Origin: Calcarisporiella thermophila CBS 279.70
Lineage: Eukaryota > Fungi > Calcarisporiellomycota
Direction: 5' to 3'
Assembly (NCBI RefSeq): GCF_041956535.1
Contig: NW_027192191.1
Location: 1,506,087-1,570,086, forward strand
DNA length: 64,000 bases
Shown: positions 60,710 through 64,000 of the stretch, in pieces
Layout of the letters: each line of letters opens with the position of its first letter
Position numbering within the stretch: position 1 is the stretch's first letter
Position numbers and translations under genes: made by a program
The notes under the pieces: model-generated
What the model was told of the DNA's origin: nothing
Databases searched by the model: none
The model's input: the letters and a program-made list of their open reading frames with translations, nothing else

Positions 60710-62954
60710 ATGAGTTTGCTTTTCATCTCTGCCCTTGCATGGAAAGCCGCGCTTACCATTGCCCTGATGCTGGGCATTGCTGCCATTCGAACGCTCATCA
60801 ACATGTTTCTCCCGCCTGCTCATCTCCGCCATCTCCCTAAAATTCCAACCTTCGCATTCATGTTTTCCATCATTCGGTCAGAGGGGAATGACTCGCGTGA
60901 AAAGCGTATTCTCTTGCCCATTCTTGACAAGAAGGGCATGGCAACTGTAGAGCTACTTTTGTATTACCAGGCCTTGTTTGGCTCCAGGCTTACTTGATTC
61001 TTTTTCCTTTCTATCAGATCTGGTTCAATGGAACTTGGAGTGTCCTGTTAAGCGATCCCGCTTATGTTAAAACATTTATGACCAATGCAGGTAAGCCACG
61101 GTTTTTTTTTTTGATTTTTGTAGGTAGTGTTGGGATGACTGGACCGCTTTCCTTGTAGATACGATCCCCAAAGATATACGACTATTGAAACAAAACAAGC
61201 TCAAGTGCAAGATGTTTGGGCTTGACAATTTGGGCATCAAAAACAAGGAGGTAAACCTAATCTTGACTCCTCCCTGAATGCTCCATGAAGCTAACTATAG
61301 TTTAATATGTCCCAAATAGGAATGGAGATACCACCGAAAAGTGACTATCTAATTGCTACTAGTACTGATACTGATTGTGGTTGACTGAAGCTTTTGTCTT
61401 TGTTTGAAGTTCCTTAATCCAGCCTTCCGGCACACGTTTCCGACACAGATGTTTGGCGAATGCACCCACGAACTTTTCGAGATCCTTGACCAGGCTATCT
61501 TGTGCGAACTTCCCGTCGAGATTCCGCCCCTCATGAGCCGCCTATCACTCGACGCGCTTGGAAAGTACATCTTCAAATTCAATTTCAACGCGCTAAAGGG
61601 AGCAGGCGATGAATATTGTCAAAAGTACAATGCAATGATGAAGGGCATGTTCAATCCACTTTTCATATTTTTCCCAAAAATCTCCTTCTTGCCTCTTCCC
61701 GTGGTACGGCGACTCTCTAAGACCATAGATGACGTGAACGAGGTAAATAGGCAGTTGTGTGAAAGATTTGTGTTGATAGACGTAGATATTGACGATGGTT
61801 TCATCGTGTGTAGCTTCTCTTTGGTATTATCGAGAGGAAAAAGAAGGAGCTTGATGCGGGTCTCTACAAGGACGCTGATGAGCACGAGAAAGATGTGCTG
61901 ACCTATATGATCGAAGGGCTTGCCACCGAAGATGAAAGCAAATGGTCGAAAGAGCAAATAAGAGTAAAGATTTGTTGGATTGCTAGGTCACCCAGGCCAC
62001 CCTTGATGACCTTGTTTCTATTGCTTTGCAGGCGGACCTGCTTATTCTCTTTGGAGCTGGGCATGAATCAACCCAAGGGTATATATTTGTCTCTGTCCCT
62101 CTATTGATGTGCACACCTCCAAGACTTCCCCGAGAAACATCTTATTGATCTCTCGTCCCATTAGCTCTCTCTCGCTTGTCCTCTATTTCCTTGCCGTCCA
62201 TCCTGAGTACCAAGAATTAGCTCGGCAAGAAGCTGATAGCATCCTATCTGAGTTTGATCGCATGCACATCCCAAACGTTGAACAATGCAGACACATGAAA
62301 TACATCGACTGCATTATCAAGGAGGTGCGCAACTCCATTTTCCGATAATTCACTTGGGATGAAGCAACTAACTACAAACGCTATCCCTGTTATAGAGTCT
62401 TCGTTTGCACCCCCCTGCTTCTCTAATAGGCCCTCGCGTGTTGGAAACCCCCATGAAAATAGGGGACGAGACATTCCCCCAAGGCACTTATTTGCTCGCT
62501 AATCTCTTTGCTCTGCAGAATTCATCACGAACGTGGAAAGATCCAGAGCGGTTCTGGCCGGAGCGCTTTCTTCCTGAGAATAACCCGCCCCGTGACGCTT
62601 GGATGCCGTTTAGCGGAGGGCCGCGCATTTGCGTAAGATATTTTCCCCATAAACTGTTCACATCCAATACTTATGGTTATCACCACTCCTAATGTCTTCA
62701 CTCCTCCATAGCTAGGGATGCAATTTTCATTGACTGAGCAACGCGTCGTGGTCTCTATGTTGCGTAAGACTCTAGTTTTTTTTTCCTTAAGAGGTTCAAC
62801 CCGCCTTATATATATTTATAACTCTCTCTAAGTTCGTAATTATACGTGGAGTCTGCCTGCCGACTCACCGCATGCAAACGGTCTCAAGACAAATCCTATT
62901 TTCGGCCCTGTTCACTTGCAAAATCTCAAGCTTAATTTCAAGCGACGGAATTGA
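60710..62954 (+). CDS. Cytochrome P450 monooxygenase, multi-exon
   Basis: N-terminal TM helix plus PP motif; WRYHRK; I-helix AGHEST; K-helix ESLR; PERF; heme motif PFSGGPRICLG. Confidence 0.95.
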
Positions 62955-63223
62955 GCCTATGCTTGACCGTCCGGAGATTCGAAAAGAACGGAGCGAGCTA
63001 GATAGATATTGAACCTTGAGCCTGTTATATGAACACTTCAATTTCCATTTATTTACTCCTGTAGAATCGAGGATTCGATTCTAACCATGTGTCTTTAGAA
63101 CAATTTTGTTTCGTCTTCTTCTCTGCGTAGCACCGATACTAACTATTAGGTATTAGATTGTAGTTTGTAATATTAGGCCGTAATGAATAGAATTAGGGGG
63201 GGGGACTGGCTGTTTTGACTTGA

Positions 63224-63780
63224 ATGAAGACTCTCTTTCAACTGAATCATAAAAGGTTGCAGAAACAGGGGAATCATAATGAAATGGGTGCTGAACTCAT
63301 TGGGTCTTCACCAGTAGACTTACTCTACTACAAAGCCCCTCCTCAACGAAGAGTTGCTTTAGATCATAATGAGGCTAGGCAATGTCTGGTGGCTGGCCAT
63401 GAACACGCCTGCTAGAGGCCATATATGTCTCTTCGTGTTTTGGATGCTGAAACTTGGTGTTCATTACGGCACAGGTTTCCAGTCGCCGCCGCACAATTGA
63501 TGAAGGATCCCAATATGGATAAAATTAATCATGGTTCAAGTACACCTCTAGCAACACGTGAGCCTACCATGCATTTCAAAAGGGAGCATTTTTTGGATTT
63601 ACACGAGGCCGAAGTTTAAGCGAGGCTGCAATTTGAGCTGCAGGAATCTAATTCGAGCCTAGGGCCGGCGAGCAAATGAAAATGGCGCGTGGGGATTATC
63701 TAATGGAAGCTGACCCTAGGTAGATTAATTAGCTTTGGATGCTACGGAACTGGGCCGGATGGCCTCAGGTCAATTTGGCC
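63224..63780 (+). mobile_element. Possible degenerate retroelement integrase relic
   Basis: Two same-frame ORFs split by TAG 63413: LLYYKAPPQRRVALDHNEARQCLVAGHE*...ETWCSLRHRF. This loosely resembles the region leading into the integrase H2C2 domain. Confidence 0.2.
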
Positions 63781-64000
63781 GCCCAACCTTCTGCGATCCG
63801 GGTTTCCCAAGATTGATGATTCGGATTGCTTCATGGTGAGATGATTGAATACGTTTGTTTCAGGAACCTTGGCACCCCGCTCACACCAAGGCGAGAGAAG
63901 GCTCTCACGGAGGGGAGCTGAGCCGGGGGAATCCGGCGTTAATCAGCGGGGCGCTGCGAGAGCTCCACAAGCTTCCATGAACTCGCTGGCTATCGCCATA

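Noticed and set aside
1-64000. CRISPR arrays, rRNA genes, intact transposons, prokaryotic operons
   Set aside because: None seen; the window is spliceosomal-intron-containing eukaryotic DNA without repeat-spacer arrays, LTR/TIR pairs or intact transposase/RT ORFs.

Overview
Gene-dense, intron-rich eukaryotic DNA, most likely an early-diverging fungus (Mucoromycota/Zoopagomycota-like): short GT-AG introns and fungal-type Vps74, Mmm1, Atg15, Sur2, CPY and Gcn4. About 27 protein-coding genes and one tRNA-Phe(GAA) are supported. CDS coordinates are gene spans from start to stop, including introns, reconstructed by eye. Main findings: (1) a small three-exon DAP1/Dap1b-family gene (ribosome-dormancy factor family) that the ORF track misses; (2) a GCN4/cpc-1 locus with two uORFs, a long stop-free, AUG-free in-frame 5' extension and a perfect ATGACTCAT site upstream; (3) a mucoricin-like ricin-B lectin fused through a QQGGF-repeat linker to a CipC/DUF3759 domain; (4) a Whi3/Scw1 gene whose C-terminal coding region lies in the -1 frame behind two C7 tracts. 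There are also faint retroelement relics. Family assignments come from recalled motifs; no database search was run.
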